Shown one piece after another: positions 1 through 10,065 of a DNA stretch of 64,000 nt. Position numbers and translations under genes: made by a program. The stretch lies in the NCBI GenBank assembly GCA_032122215.1, contig JAUMCZ010000031.1, positions 7,131 through 71,130 of the forward strand, read 5' to 3'. Each line of letters begins with the position of its first letter. The stretch's first letter is position 1. The notes under the pieces are model-generated. The model saw only the letters and a program-made list of their open reading frames with translations, searched no databases and was not told the DNA's origin. Source of the stretch: Caulobacter sp. (GTDB taxonomy: Bacteria > Pseudomonadota > Alphaproteobacteria > Caulobacterales > Caulobacteraceae).

Positions 1-29
1 AGATGGGCCGTCGGCGGGCCGGAGGGAAG

Positions 30-500
30 TCAGTCCTGCGGGTTGGCGACCAGGCGGCGGCTCAGCCACTCCTTCTCCGGGGTCTTCATGTAGACGTCCT
101 CGATGACCCACCGGCCGTCCTCGACGACCATGTCGATCAGGCGCTCGCGAGCCTCTCGGTAGTTCCTGAAGGTGACCCGGACCTGGGCGGTTTCGGGGGT
201 TTGCCTGAGGACCACGATCTTCAGGTTCTTGTAGTCGGGCAGGTCCTGACCGCCCGAGACCCAGTCGAAGTCGAGGTAGTTCATGTCGCGCTGGGCGTCG
301 ATCGCCAGCAGGGCCCGCAGGCTGGCGGCGAACAATGGCGGCTCGTCCGGCGCCTCCTCGATGGGCGGAGCGTCCGGACCAGGGTCCGGCACCGGCTTGT
401 AGAGTTCCGCGATGACCTCGGCCGGGCCTGGCGTCTGGGCAAACGCGGGGGCGCCGAGGGCAAGGGTCAGGCAAAGGGCCAGGATCAGTCGTCCGCGCAT
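30..500 (-). CDS. Exported hypothetical protein, DUF3828/YbjP-like
   Basis: Signal peptide MRGRLILALCLTLALGAPAFA; LDFDWVSGGQD and VEDGRWVIEDV segments resemble DUF3828 proteins; start moved to the ATG at 500. Confidence 0.6.
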   Translation of the reverse strand: MRGRLILALCLTLALGAPAFAQTPGPAEVIAELYKPVPDPGPDAPPIEEAPDEPPLFAASLRALLAIDAQRDMNYLDFDWVSGGQDLPDYKNLKIVVLRQTPETAQVRVTFRNYREARERLIDMVVEDGRWVIEDVYMKTPEKEWLSRRLVANPQD

Positions 501-568
501 GGTCGTCTCCGTTGTCCGTTGACCTATGCGCGAGCCGGCGGCGGCCGTCTTCCCCCGTTGGGGTGGGG

Positions 569-1870
569 TCAGGCGCGGGTGATGGGCGACAGGCGCCATT
601 CGCCGTTGATCAGGGCGGGTCTGGGCAGGTAAGCGCGCCAGGTGACCATCCAGGGGCCGGCCTTGGGGGCGGGCAACCAGTTGGCGGTGCGCTCGCCGCC
701 CGGATCGGTGCGACCGATCCAGACATCGACGCCGCCGTCCCTGCGGCGCTTCAGGCCCTTGCTGCGGTCTCCGATGGCGTAGCGTTTCAACGGGTTGTCG
801 GTGAAGAAGAACTGGCCGTCGGCCGTAGCCTCATACATCGACAGCGACCAGAAGCCGTCCAGCGGGACATCGGCCGGCAGGCTGAAGCGGTAGAGGCCAT
901 CGCCGTGGAAGACGCCGTCCTTCTCGCCCTCGGGCCGCATGTACAGGGCCTCGGCCGTAGGCAGGGCGCCCAAGCCGGCCAGGGCGACGGCGGCGCGATA
1001 GACGTAGTCCTGGCCATAGTCACCGAGGTTGGCGCGGGGATAGCGCCAGCCCTTGATCGACTCCTGGCCGCCGAAGCCGATGTTGATCAGGCTCTTCGCC
1101 TCGGCGACACCGGCGGCGACAGCGGCCATGTCGGCCGGCGCGATCTGGCCTTCGCCGAGCAGGCCGGCGATGCGGCGCAGCAGACGCAGGTCCAGGGCGG
1201 TGGCCGGGTCGCTGGCCATCAACTCGCGGACGCTGGTGAAATAGGCGGCGGGGTCGGCGTCGCGCTCGGCGTAGGCGCCCGGCCGCTGGCCGGCCTTGCC
1301 CGAGACCTTGAAGCCGCGCAGCAACTGCTGGACGGCGGCGACCTCTTCAGGGCCATCGACGAGCACCCGGGCAAGGGCCCAGGCATGGGGCGTGGCGACG
1401 CGCACCGGGTTGGGACCGGTCGACGGCTGGCCCGGACCGCAGAGAGTGAAGGTTCCGCCCGCCCCGCCGATCGTGCGGCTGCCCAGGACGGCATTGTTGT
1501 TGGTGAACATGTCCATGATGGCGACTGACCAGTAGCGGTCGCCGGTCTCGGGAACCGTCAGGGTCACCGGGCCTTCAGTCAGGTCGAGCCAGGCTGACAG
1601 GTAGAGAGTGTCATTGTTTGGCGTGGTGACGACGCGGGCGGTGTGATCGGACAGCGCACGGCCGCCGGCGAAAAAGTTCGGCGGCAGGCCCTGCTTCATC
1701 TGGCGGGCGCGGGTCGTTGCCATCTCGATCAACGGCAGGCCGAAGATCCAGGCGTCGCGGGCGGCGGACTTGAGGTCGGCCCCCTTGGCGTTGGATTGTG
1801 CGAAGGCGGCGGGCGCGAGACCGGACAGGCCGAGGGCGCTGAAGGTCAGCATGAGTTCGCGGCGATTCAT
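569..1870 (-). CDS. DUF1254/DUF1214 domain protein with Tat-like signal
   Basis: MNRRELML twin-arginine-like leader; TPNNDTLY..AWLDL..GPV (DUF1254) and FWSLSMY, NWLPAP (DUF1214) motifs. Confidence 0.85.
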   Translation of the reverse strand: MNRRELMLTFSALGLSGLAPAAFAQSNAKGADLKSAARDAWIFGLPLIEMATTRARQMKQGLPPNFFAGGRALSDHTARVVTTPNNDTLYLSAWLDLTEGPVTLTVPETGDRYWSVAIMDMFTNNNAVLGSRTIGGAGGTFTLCGPGQPSTGPNPVRVATPHAWALARVLVDGPEEVAAVQQLLRGFKVSGKAGQRPGAYAERDADPAAYFTSVRELMASDPATALDLRLLRRIAGLLGEGQIAPADMAAVAAGVAEAKSLINIGFGGQESIKGWRYPRANLGDYGQDYVYRAAVALAGLGALPTAEALYMRPEGEKDGVFHGDGLYRFSLPADVPLDGFWSLSMYEATADGQFFFTDNPLKRYAIGDRSKGLKRRRDGGVDVWIGRTDPGGERTANWLPAPKAGPWMVTWRAYLPRPALINGEWRLSPITRA

Positions 1871-1942
1871 GGCGTGCTCCCGTGGTTGCAGGGAACGTAA
1901 CCGCGCGGTTTCATTGGGGCAAGCGCCAGCAGGTCGCGGGGT

Positions 1943-2725
1943 CTACTCGCCCTTCTCCGCCGCTGCCTTCTGCGCCGCCAGCTTGGCCAGCACCCTGCCC
2001 CGGCCCTTCGACAGCGCCGTGACCACGCCGCGGAAGGTGCGGACTTCCTGCTCGGTCATCTGGGCCTTGCCGAGGGCGACGCGCAGGTTGCGGATCATCG
2101 AGGGGCGTTTGGCCGGCGGGTGGAAGAAGCCGGCTTCATCAAGTTCCGCCTCCAGCTGTTCGTAGAGCCCCATCATCGCCTTCTGGTCGGCCGGCGGCAG
2201 GGCGTTCTGGGCAAAGGCCTGACGCGGACCCTCGTCGATGGTCAGCCGCCATTCGTAGGCGGTGAGGGCCACGGCCTGGGCCAGGTTCAGCGACCGGAAG
2301 CGCTCGTCGACGGGGATGGTGACGATAGCCTGACAGAGGGCGATGTCGTGGGTCTCCAGCCCTGCCCGCTCACCGCCGAACAGCATGCCCACGGCCTGGC
2401 CGGCGGCGACGCGCTCGTGCAGGTCGGCCGCCGCCTGGCGCGGGGTGATGACCGGCAGCTGGGTCTCACGCGGCCGGGCGGTGGTTGCGAAGGTCAGGCT
2501 GAGGTCGCCGATCGCCTCGGCGAGGGTCTCGAAGACCCTGGCATTGTCGAGCGGCCAGCTGGCGCCCGAGGCGCTCGCCCAGGCGCGATCCTGCGGCCAG
2601 CCATCGCGGGGCCGGACAAGGCGCAGCTCGGACAGGCCGAAATTGGCCATCACCCGGGCGACGGCGCCGATGTTCTCGGCCAGCTGGGGTTCGTTGAGGA
2701 TGACAACGGGGGGGCGGTTGGACAT
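1943..2725 (-). CDS. trmJ: tRNA/rRNA 2'-O-methyltransferase, TrmJ/LasT (SPOUT) family
   Basis: EPQLAENIGAVARVMANFGL, FGGERAGL and SLNLAQAV SPOUT motifs. Confidence 0.88.
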   Translation of the reverse strand: MSNRPPVVILNEPQLAENIGAVARVMANFGLSELRLVRPRDGWPQDRAWASASGASWPLDNARVFETLAEAIGDLSLTFATTARPRETQLPVITPRQAAADLHERVAAGQAVGMLFGGERAGLETHDIALCQAIVTIPVDERFRSLNLAQAVALTAYEWRLTIDEGPRQAFAQNALPPADQKAMMGLYEQLEAELDEAGFFHPPAKRPSMIRNLRVALGKAQMTEQEVRTFRGVVTALSKGRGRVLAKLAAQKAAAEKGE

Positions 2726-2787
2726 GCCGGCTTCCTACTCCACCACGGCAGTCGATGTCGAACCGGCGTCTGGCGCGTTAGGGTCGG

Positions 2788-3795
2788 ATGATGCGCGCCC
2801 TCCTCATCCCCGTCGCCCTGCTAATCGCCGCTTGCGGAGGGGAGACCGAGACTATTGCCCAAACACCCACCATGCGTATCGAGGTGCTCGACAAGGGCAT
2901 CACCCAGCTGGCCGACCGCATCGACGGCCGGCTGGAGGTGGCGGTACAGAACATCGATGGCGGCGAGATCTGGGCTCGAAACGCCGAACAGACCTTCCCC
3001 CTGCAGAGCGTCTTCAAGGCCCCGCTGGGCGCGGCCGTGCTGGCCGAGGTGGATGGCGGGCGGCTTTCGCTGGACGAGGTCCTGACCATCAGCGACATGG
3101 AGCTGTCGCCGCCGCTCAGCCCGATCGCGCAGGCCTGGCCCGGACGCACGACCTACACGGTGCGCGAACTGCTCGTCGCCGCCGTGCGCGACAGCGACAA
3201 CACAGCCGCCGACGTGCTGATGCGCAAGATCGGCGGGCCCGGCGCCTTGAAGTCCTGGCTGGTCGAGCACGGCATCGTCGGGTTGCGGGTCGACCGGTAC
3301 GAGCGGGAACTGCAGGTCGAGGCCGTCGGCATGCCGTCGTTCCGCCCCGCCTGGCGCACGCCCCAGGCCTTCGAAGCGGCCAAGCTGGCCGTGCCGGAGG
3401 CCGATCGCCGTGCGGCGTGGGAGGCCTATGCCGCCGATCCGCGCGACACAACCATCGCTTCGGGTTCGCTCAACTTCCTGCGGCAGCTGTCAACGGGTCA
3501 GCTGCTGTCGCCGGCTTCGAGCAAGCTGCTGCTGGGCCTGATGACCGAGACGAAGACGGGGGCGAACCGGCTGAAGGCCGGGCTGCCGGAAGGCGCGACC
3601 CTGGCCCACAAGACCGGCACGTCAGCGACCAACTTCGGTGTCACCGTGGCGACCAACGATATCGGCATCCTGACCCTGAAGGACGGACGCAAGTACGCCG
3701 TCGTGGTGCTGCTTGCGGACTCGACGGCGGATCAGAAGACCCGCGAGGCGGCCATCGCCGGGGCGATGCGGGTGATCGCCGAGGCGGTGGAGTAG
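2788..3795 (+). CDS. bla: Class A beta-lactamase-like serine hydrolase, predicted lipoprotein
   Basis: SxxK (QSVFK), SDN, E166-like DRYE and KTG (HKTGT); lipobox LIAA-C. Confidence 0.85.
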   Translation: MMRALLIPVALLIAACGGETETIAQTPTMRIEVLDKGITQLADRIDGRLEVAVQNIDGGEIWARNAEQTFPLQSVFKAPLGAAVLAEVDGGRLSLDEVLTISDMELSPPLSPIAQAWPGRTTYTVRELLVAAVRDSDNTAADVLMRKIGGPGALKSWLVEHGIVGLRVDRYERELQVEAVGMPSFRPAWRTPQAFEAAKLAVPEADRRAAWEAYAADPRDTTIASGSLNFLRQLSTGQLLSPASSKLLLGLMTETKTGANRLKAGLPEGATLAHKTGTSATNFGVTVATNDIGILTLKDGRKYAVVVLLADSTADQKTREAAIAGAMRVIAEAVE

Positions 3796-3912
3796 CGTTA
3801 CGCCTCGCGCCGCACCGCCATCAGACGGCGGCGACACAGGACCGTCACCTCGCGTCACCGTTGGCGGATCGGCATCCGTGCGGCATCCTCCCTGAAAACA
3901 GGGGAGCGACGC

Positions 3913-5361
3913 GTGTCCAAGGGTCTCGACGCCATCATCATCGGGGCGGGCTTTGGCGGCCTGTGCGCGGCCATCAAGCTCAAGGAGGCCGGCTTCGGGC
4001 GGCTCGTGGTGCTGGAAAAGGCTGACCGACTCGGCGGCACCTGGCGTGACAACACCTATCCCGGCGCCTGCTGTGACGTGCCCTCGAGACTCTATTCCTA
4101 CAGCTTCGCGCTCAATCCGAACTGGAGCCGCGCCTACAGCGGCCACGCCGAGATTCGCCAGTACATGGAGGATGTCGCGCTGCGCTTCGGGGTGCGCGAC
4201 AGGTTCCGTTTCAACGCCGAGGTCGAACGGGCTGACTGGGACGGCGAGGCCTGGACCGTGACACTCAAGGGCGGCGAGACCCTGACCGCGCCGGTGCTGG
4301 TTTCAGGGTTGGGACAGCTGAACCGGCCGAGCTTCGCCGGCATCCCCGGCCGCGAGAGCTTCAAGGGCGACAGCTGGCACAGCGCCCGCTGGAACCACAA
4401 TGTCGATCTGACCGGCAAGACGGTCGGCTGCATCGGGGCCGGGGCCAGCGCCATCCAGTACATCCCGGAACTGGTGAAGACGGCCGGCAAGGTCGTGGTC
4501 TTCCAGCGGACCCCCAACTACGTTGTCCCCCGCCTAGACAAGGCCATGAGCCCGGCCCGGCAGGCGCTTTACGCGACCTTCCCCTTCATCGACCGGGCCC
4601 AGCGCTGGCTGACCTGGAAGATGATGGACGCCCGGTTCCAGGCCTTCAAACAGGGGACCAAGGCGGCGGCGGATTTCCGCAAGGTGGCGATGGACTATCT
4701 GGACGCCACCATCACTGACCCGGTGCTCAAGGCCAAGCTGACGCCGGACTATCCGATCGGCTGCAAGCGCATCCTGGTGTCGGACGACTACTACCAGGCC
4801 CTGGCGCAGCCGAACGTCGAACTGGTCACCGAGGATGTGAAGGCGATCACCGCAGCCGGCGTGCGCACCGGCGACGGGGCCGAGCATGCCTGCGACTTGC
4901 TGGTCTTCGGCACCGGCTTCGAGACCACCGACTTCCTGGCCCCGCTGGCCATCCACGGCGAGAATGGCCGCTCGCTCGACGACGCCTGGAAGGACGGCGC
5001 GGAGGCCTACTACGGCGTCACCGTCACCGGCTTCCCCAACCTCTTCCTGCTCTACGGCCCCAACACCAACCTCGGCCACAACAGCATCATCCTGATGATC
5101 GAGGCCCAGGTCGGCTACATGGTCGAGGCGATGCACATCCTGAAGGCGCGGGGGGCGAAGGCGTTGAAGCTCAAGCCGGACGCGCAAGTGCGGTTCAATG
5201 CGCAGCTGCAGCACGACCTGCAGGACACGGCGTGGGCCGGGTCGTGTTCGAGCTGGTACAAGACGGCGTCAGGCAAGATTACCAACAACTGGAGCGGGGA
5301 TACCGCGACCTACATGAAGGCGATGCGCGAGCCGGTGCTGGCGGATTATGAGCTCCGGTGA
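3913..5361 (+). CDS. Flavin-containing monooxygenase, Baeyer-Villiger type
   Basis: GAGFGG and GAGASA Rossmann motifs, GGTWRDNTYPG, BVMO fingerprint FxGxxxHxxxW (FKGDSWHSARW); GTG start. Confidence 0.9.
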   Translation: MSKGLDAIIIGAGFGGLCAAIKLKEAGFGRLVVLEKADRLGGTWRDNTYPGACCDVPSRLYSYSFALNPNWSRAYSGHAEIRQYMEDVALRFGVRDRFRFNAEVERADWDGEAWTVTLKGGETLTAPVLVSGLGQLNRPSFAGIPGRESFKGDSWHSARWNHNVDLTGKTVGCIGAGASAIQYIPELVKTAGKVVVFQRTPNYVVPRLDKAMSPARQALYATFPFIDRAQRWLTWKMMDARFQAFKQGTKAAADFRKVAMDYLDATITDPVLKAKLTPDYPIGCKRILVSDDYYQALAQPNVELVTEDVKAITAAGVRTGDGAEHACDLLVFGTGFETTDFLAPLAIHGENGRSLDDAWKDGAEAYYGVTVTGFPNLFLLYGPNTNLGHNSIILMIEAQVGYMVEAMHILKARGAKALKLKPDAQVRFNAQLQHDLQDTAWAGSCSSWYKTASGKITNNWSGDTATYMKAMREPVLADYELR

Positions 5362-5400
5362 CGGTGACAGCATCCGGCTGCGCCGGAGGACAGCCACCCC

Positions 5401-5601
5401 TCACCCACCCCCGATAAACGTCACGATCTCGATCCGGTCCCCGTCCACCACCGGCGTGTCGGCATAGGTCGATCGCGGCACGATCTCGAGATTCCGCTCG
5501 ACCGCGACCTTCCTCGGATCGAGCTCCAGCGCCGCCACCAGGGCCGCCACCGTCGCCACGCCTTCAAACGTCTGTTCTTCGCCGTTCAGCTGTATCCGCA
5601 T
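5401..5601 (-). CDS. thiS: Sulfur carrier protein ThiS
   Basis: 66 aa, [13 protein letters not shown]-terminal IGGG. Confidence 0.93.
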   Translation of the reverse strand: MRIQLNGEEQTFEGVATVAALVAALELDPRKVAVERNLEIVPRSTYADTPVVDGDRIEIVTFIGGG

Positions 5602-5666
5602 GCCTGCGCTTGTTACCCCGGCCTTGCGGCGATACAAGGCCCGTCGTGAATCGACGGCGGGGCCGG

Positions 5667-6116
5667 ATGCCGAAACCGATCTTTGTTTTGAGCGGGCCCA
5701 ATCTCAACCTGCTTGGGACGCGTGAACCCGAAATCTACGGATACGACACCCTGTCGGACATCCATGAGCGCTGCGCCGCGCGCGCTGAGGCCTTCGGCCT
5801 GACCGTCGACTGCCGTCAGTCCAACCACGAAGGCGACCTGATCGACTGGGTCCAGCAAGCTCGTGAAGAGGCCAGCGCCCTGGTCATCAACCCGGCCGGT
5901 TACGGTCACACTTCCGTGGCCCTGCTGGACGCGCTGAAGACTCTCGCTATTCCGGTGGTGGAGTGCCACCTGTCGAACCCTGCGGCGCGCGAGGCGTTTC
6001 GCAAGACGACCTATGTTTCGCTCGCGGCGACCGGCATCGTGTCCGGATTCGGCGGGGCAAGTTATGAACTGGCGATCGAAGCCGCCGCCGGCCTGATCGG
6101 CGCGGCCCGGTCGTAA
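5667..6116 (+). CDS. aroQ: Type II 3-dehydroquinate dehydratase
   Basis: [34 protein letters not shown]. Confidence 0.95.
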   Translation: MPKPIFVLSGPNLNLLGTREPEIYGYDTLSDIHERCAARAEAFGLTVDCRQSNHEGDLIDWVQQAREEASALVINPAGYGHTSVALLDALKTLAIPVVECHLSNPAAREAFRKTTYVSLAATGIVSGFGGASYELAIEAAAGLIGAARS

Positions 6117-6145
6117 GCGACAAAGACAAGAACAAGGTACCGATA

Positions 6146-6655
6146 ATGTCCAATTCCCCGGCCGACGACTCCGCCGAGAACAGCGCCGCCATCGACACCC
6201 GGACGGTCCGCAAGCTCGCCGACATCCTGAAGAGCACCGGCCTGACCGAAATCGAAGTGGAACGCGGCGACCTGCGGATCCGCGTCGCCCGTGAAATCAC
6301 CGTCGCCGCCGCGCCGCAAGCGACCTATGCCGCCGCCCCGGCGCCGGCCCCTGTCGCCGCCCCGGCGGCCGCGCCCGTGGCTGCCGCCGCCCCGGTGGAG
6401 GCCGCGCCGGCCGCCCGCAAGGGTGATGAGGTCAAGTCGCCGATGGTCGGCACCATCTACCTGCAGGCCCAACCCGGCAGCCCGCCCTTCATCAAGGTCG
6501 GCGACAAGGTCGGCGAGGGCCAGACCCTGCTGATCGTTGAGGCCATGAAGACGATGAACCCGATCCCCGCGCCCCGCGCCGGCGTCGTCGTCGAAATCCT
6601 GGTCGGAGACTCCCAGCCGGTCGAGTTCGGCCAGCCGCTCGTGATCCTCGAGTAG
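6146..6655 (+). CDS. accB: Acetyl-CoA carboxylase biotin carboxyl carrier protein
   Basis: Ala/Pro linker, SPMVGT, biotinylation motif EAMKTM. Confidence 0.96.
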   Translation: MSNSPADDSAENSAAIDTRTVRKLADILKSTGLTEIEVERGDLRIRVAREITVAAAPQATYAAAPAPAPVAAPAAAPVAAAAPVEAAPAARKGDEVKSPMVGTIYLQAQPGSPPFIKVGDKVGEGQTLLIVEAMKTMNPIPAPRAGVVVEILVGDSQPVEFGQPLVILE

Positions 6656-6660
6656 CCGCT

Positions 6661-8004
6661 GTGTTTGACAAGATCCTGATCGCCAACCGGGGCGAGATCG
6701 CCCTTCGCATTCACCGCGCCTGCAAGGAAATGGGCATCGCCACCGTGGCGGTCCACTCCGAGCCCGACGCCAGCGGCATGTGGGCCCGCCTGGCCGACGA
6801 AAGCGTCTGCATCGGCCCGGCCCCGGCTGCCAAGAGCTATCTGAACATCCCGTCGATCATCGCGGCGGCCGAGATCACCGGGGCCCAGGCGATCCACCCC
6901 GGCTACGGCTTCCTATCGGAAAACGCCCGCTTCGCCGAGATCGTCAACACCCACGGCATGACCTTCATCGGGCCCAAACCCGAGCATATCCGCATGATGG
7001 GCGACAAGATCAGCGCCAAGCAGGCGGTGAAGGAGGCAGGCATCCCCGTGGTGCCCGGCTCCGACGGCGCCGTGACGACCGAGGAAGAGGCCTTCGCGGC
7101 GGCCAAGGAGATCGGCTTCCCGGTCCTGATCAAGGCGGCTGCCGGCGGCGGTGGCCGGGGCATGAAGGTCGCGGCGACGCAGGAAGACCTCTACGAGGCG
7201 GTCTCGACCGCCCGCTCCGAAGCCCGCGCGGCCTTCGGCGACGACGCGGTCTATATGGAGCGCTACCTCCAGACCCCGCGCCACATCGAGATCCAGGTCG
7301 TGGCGGACAGCCACGGCAACGTCGTGCACCTGGGCGAACGCGACTGCAGCCTGCAGCGCCGCCACCAAAAGGTGCTGGAAGAGGCTCCCTCGCCGGCCCT
7401 CAGCGCCGAAGGTCGCAAGAAGATCGGCGCCGTCGTCGTCGAGGCCATCCGCGCCATCGGCTATCTGGGCGTCGGCACCATCGAGTTCCTGTGGGAGAAC
7501 GACGAGTTTTTCTTCATCGAGATGAACACCCGCCTGCAGGTCGAGCATCCGGTCACCGAGGCCATCACCGGCATCGACCTGGTCCGCGAACAGATTCGCA
7601 TCGCCGCCGGCCTGCCGCTCAGCTTCACCCAGGCCGACGTGACCTTCGAAGGCCATGCCATCGAATGCCGCATCAACGCCGAAAACCCGCGCACCTTCAC
7701 CCCGTCGCCGGGCAAGGTGACAGACTTCCACGCGCCGGGCGGTCTGGGCGTGCGTCTCGATAGCGGCCTCTACGCCGGCTATTCGATCCCGCCCTATTAC
7801 GACAGCCTGGTCGGCAAGCTGATCGTCCACGGTCGCGACCGGGCCGAGTGCATCGCGCGCACCCAGCGGTGCCTGGGCGAGATGGTCGTCAGCGGCATCG
7901 AGACGACGATCCCGCTGTTCCAGGACCTGCTGCAGAACGACGACATCCGCAGCGGCGACTACAACATCCACTGGCTGGAAAACTGGCTCAAGGCGCAGGC
8001 CTGA
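6661..8004 (+). CDS. accC: Acetyl-CoA carboxylase, biotin carboxylase subunit
   Basis: [54 protein letters not shown]. Confidence 0.97.
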   Translation: MFDKILIANRGEIALRIHRACKEMGIATVAVHSEPDASGMWARLADESVCIGPAPAAKSYLNIPSIIAAAEITGAQAIHPGYGFLSENARFAEIVNTHGMTFIGPKPEHIRMMGDKISAKQAVKEAGIPVVPGSDGAVTTEEEAFAAAKEIGFPVLIKAAAGGGGRGMKVAATQEDLYEAVSTARSEARAAFGDDAVYMERYLQTPRHIEIQVVADSHGNVVHLGERDCSLQRRHQKVLEEAPSPALSAEGRKKIGAVVVEAIRAIGYLGVGTIEFLWENDEFFFIEMNTRLQVEHPVTEAITGIDLVREQIRIAAGLPLSFTQADVTFEGHAIECRINAENPRTFTPSPGKVTDFHAPGGLGVRLDSGLYAGYSIPPYYDSLVGKLIVHGRDRAECIARTQRCLGEMVVSGIETTIPLFQDLLQNDDIRSGDYNIHWLENWLKAQA

Positions 8005-8010
8005 CCCTTT

Positions 8011-8147
8011 CCGTCATCCCGGACGGTCCGCAGGACCGATCCGGGACCCAGGGGGTGACAGAGTGAGATATCGGTCGCCGCCAAACCCATCTCATCGCCC
8101 TGGGTCCTTAGCTCTCGGGCCCTACGGGCTTCCGGCCGGGATGACGG
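8011..8147. repeat. REP/MITE-like intergenic element, family A (CCGTCATCCCGG termini), copy 1
   Basis: Perfect 12-bp terminal inverted repeats (8011-8022 and 8136-8147), internal GGACCCAGGG/CCCTGGGTCC inverted repeat; related copy at 35226. Confidence 0.85.
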
Positions 8148-8184
8148 TTGTGTTTGATGGTCGGGCCTTGAGTCTGGAGCCCGC

Positions 8185-8832
8185 GTGGACGACGCCTTCA
8201 CCCCCGAAGATCTGATCGCCTGCTACCAGCGCGGCGTCTTCCCGATGGCGGACTCGCGGGATGACGAAGGCGTATTCCTCATCGATCCCCAGCGGCGCGG
8301 CGTCCTGCCGCTGGACGGCTTCAAGCTCTCGTCCCGGCTGGCGCGCACGGTCAGAGCCGACCGCTTCGAGGTCCGCACCGACACCGCCTTCAACCGCGTC
8401 GTCGGCCTGTGCGCACAGTCTGCCCCGGGCCGCGAGGACACCTGGATCAATCCGGTGATCGAGTTCCTCTACGGGGAGCTTCACCGCCGCGGCCAGGCCC
8501 ATAGTGTCGAGACCTGGCATGATGGCGAGCTGATCGGCGGGCTCTACGGTGTTTCGCTGGGCGGCGCCTTCTTCGGCGAGAGCATGTTCAGCCGCGCCAC
8601 CGACGCCAGCAAGGTCGCACTCGTCCACCTGGTCGCTCGCTTGCGGGTCGGCGGCTACCGCCTGCTCGACTGCCAGTTCGTCACCGAGCACCTGACGCAG
8701 TTCGGCGTCGTCGAGATACCGCGCGCCGAGTATCACCGGCGACTGGCCCAGGCGCTTGAGGTAGAAGGCGATTTCGCCCGCTTCGAAGGCGGCGGTCAGG
8801 CGGCCTTGCAGGCGATCAGCCAGGCGTCATAG
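8185..8832 (+). CDS. aat: Leucyl/phenylalanyl-tRNA--protein transferase
   Basis: [38 protein letters not shown]. Confidence 0.95.
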   Translation: MDDAFTPEDLIACYQRGVFPMADSRDDEGVFLIDPQRRGVLPLDGFKLSSRLARTVRADRFEVRTDTAFNRVVGLCAQSAPGREDTWINPVIEFLYGELHRRGQAHSVETWHDGELIGGLYGVSLGGAFFGESMFSRATDASKVALVHLVARLRVGGYRLLDCQFVTEHLTQFGVVEIPRAEYHRRLAQALEVEGDFARFEGGGQAALQAISQAS

Positions 8833-9404
8833 ACCGGGTGTTGCAGGGGGTTCAGCCCCGGCGACGAAGCGAACATCCAGCCCTTGAACACCTGCCGCGT
8901 CGGCGGCGAAGGCCGGCCGGGCTGCGGTTTGGGCGAGCTGTCGACCGTGATGTAGGCGGCCGACTCCGGGGCGGTCTCGTCGGGTGCGGCGCTCTCGCAG
9001 GCCCGCACTGAGAAGACCAGCGACTTGTAGCGCACGCTCCCGCCGACCGGCACCTCGAAGCGCAGCGTCTCGGCGGTGACCTTGTCGAGCGCCTGGATGA
9101 TCGCCGAACCGGCCCGCACGCGTTTCACAGGCTCGACCGGCTTGGCCTCGGCGGCCTTGGCCTTCTGGGCCGGCTTGGGATCGGGCAGGGGCACGATCGG
9201 CACCGGCGTCACCGGCTGGGCGACCACGGGCGGCGGAGCAGTGACATTGGCCGGCGGCGGTTCTTCCGGGGCGGGCGCGGTCGGCGGAGCCTTCGGTTGC
9301 GGCGCAGTCTTCGGCTGCGACGGCGCAGGGGCGGTCGTCTGCGCGACCGCGACCCCGCCCATGGCCAGGCCGGCCACTGCCAGAAGGATCAGCCGCATCT
9401 TCAT
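8796..9404 (-). CDS. DUF2155 domain exported protein
   Basis: Signal peptide, Pro-rich linker, [13 protein letters not shown] and [22 protein letters not shown] motifs. Confidence 0.85.
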   Translation of the reverse strand: MKMRLILLAVAGLAMGGVAVAQTTAPAPSQPKTAPQPKAPPTAPAPEEPPPANVTAPPPVVAQPVTPVPIVPLPDPKPAQKAKAAEAKPVEPVKRVRAGSAIIQALDKVTAETLRFEVPVGGSVRYKSLVFSVRACESAAPDETAPESAAYITVDSSPKPQPGRPSPPTRQVFKGWMFASSPGLNPLQHPVYDAWLIACKAA

Positions 9405-9406
9405 GA

Positions 9407-9805
9407 CTATTCGGGCGTCCAGGGCAGATAGTCGCCCGTCGCCTTGTCGCGCTGTCCATCGCCGGAGATCGAACCCTTGGGCCGCCAGGCATAAACGGTG
9501 CCGGTCAGGTTCGGCCGGTGTTCCTTCTCCCAGCTGCGGCGCGGCAGCGGAGCGATAGTCGGCGGCTCTTCGAACGTGTAGCGCAGCCAGCCGTGCCAGT
9601 CCGGCGGCACCTTCGAGGCCTCGGCATAGCCGTTGTAGATCACCCAGCGGCGCTTGCGACCGACGTCGTAGCTGTCCTTGTCGTCGCGGGCTTCATAGTA
9701 GGTGTTGCCGAACTCATCCTGGCCGATCTTCACGCCGCGGCGCTTGATGTGGAACGTCTGCCCCAGAGTGGCGCCGTTCCACCAGGTAAAGATCGCTTTC
9801 AGCAC
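9407..9805 (-). CDS. NADH:ubiquinone oxidoreductase subunit NDUFA12 (17.2 kDa) family protein
   Basis: FTWWNGAT, G.DEFGNTYY, RRWVIY, EASKVPPDWHGWL, EHRPNLTGT; probable GTG start at 9805. Confidence 0.88.
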   Translation of the reverse strand: MLKAIFTWWNGATLGQTFHIKRRGVKIGQDEFGNTYYEARDDKDSYDVGRKRRWVIYNGYAEASKVPPDWHGWLRYTFEEPPTIAPLPRRSWEKEHRPNLTGTVYAWRPKGSISGDGQRDKATGDYLPWTPE

Positions 9806-9879
9806 AGGAGAATCCGTCTGTCGGGAGGGGTCGAATTTCGAGCGGAACATAGAGGGCGGCGGAGGAAAAACAAAGCGTT

Positions 9880-10054
9880 CCTTCTCCCGCTTGTCGGGAG
9901 AAGGTGGCCCCCGAAGGGGGTCGGATGAGGGCTGAGCAGAAGTGGAAGATTGGCGACAGCGGCCAACGCGCCAGAACACGCGCAATCGTCTACCGCCGGT
10001 GCTGCCCTCATCCGACCGCTACGCGGCCACCTTCTCCCGACAAGCGGGAGAAGG
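9880..10054. repeat. REP doublet-like element, family B (CCTTCTCCC..GGGAGAAGG), copy 1
   Basis: Two ~52-bp arms (9880-9931 and 10005-10054) are near-perfect reverse complements and differ only in an inner hairpin. Confidence 0.88.
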
Positions 10055-10065
10055 GATCATTGATT

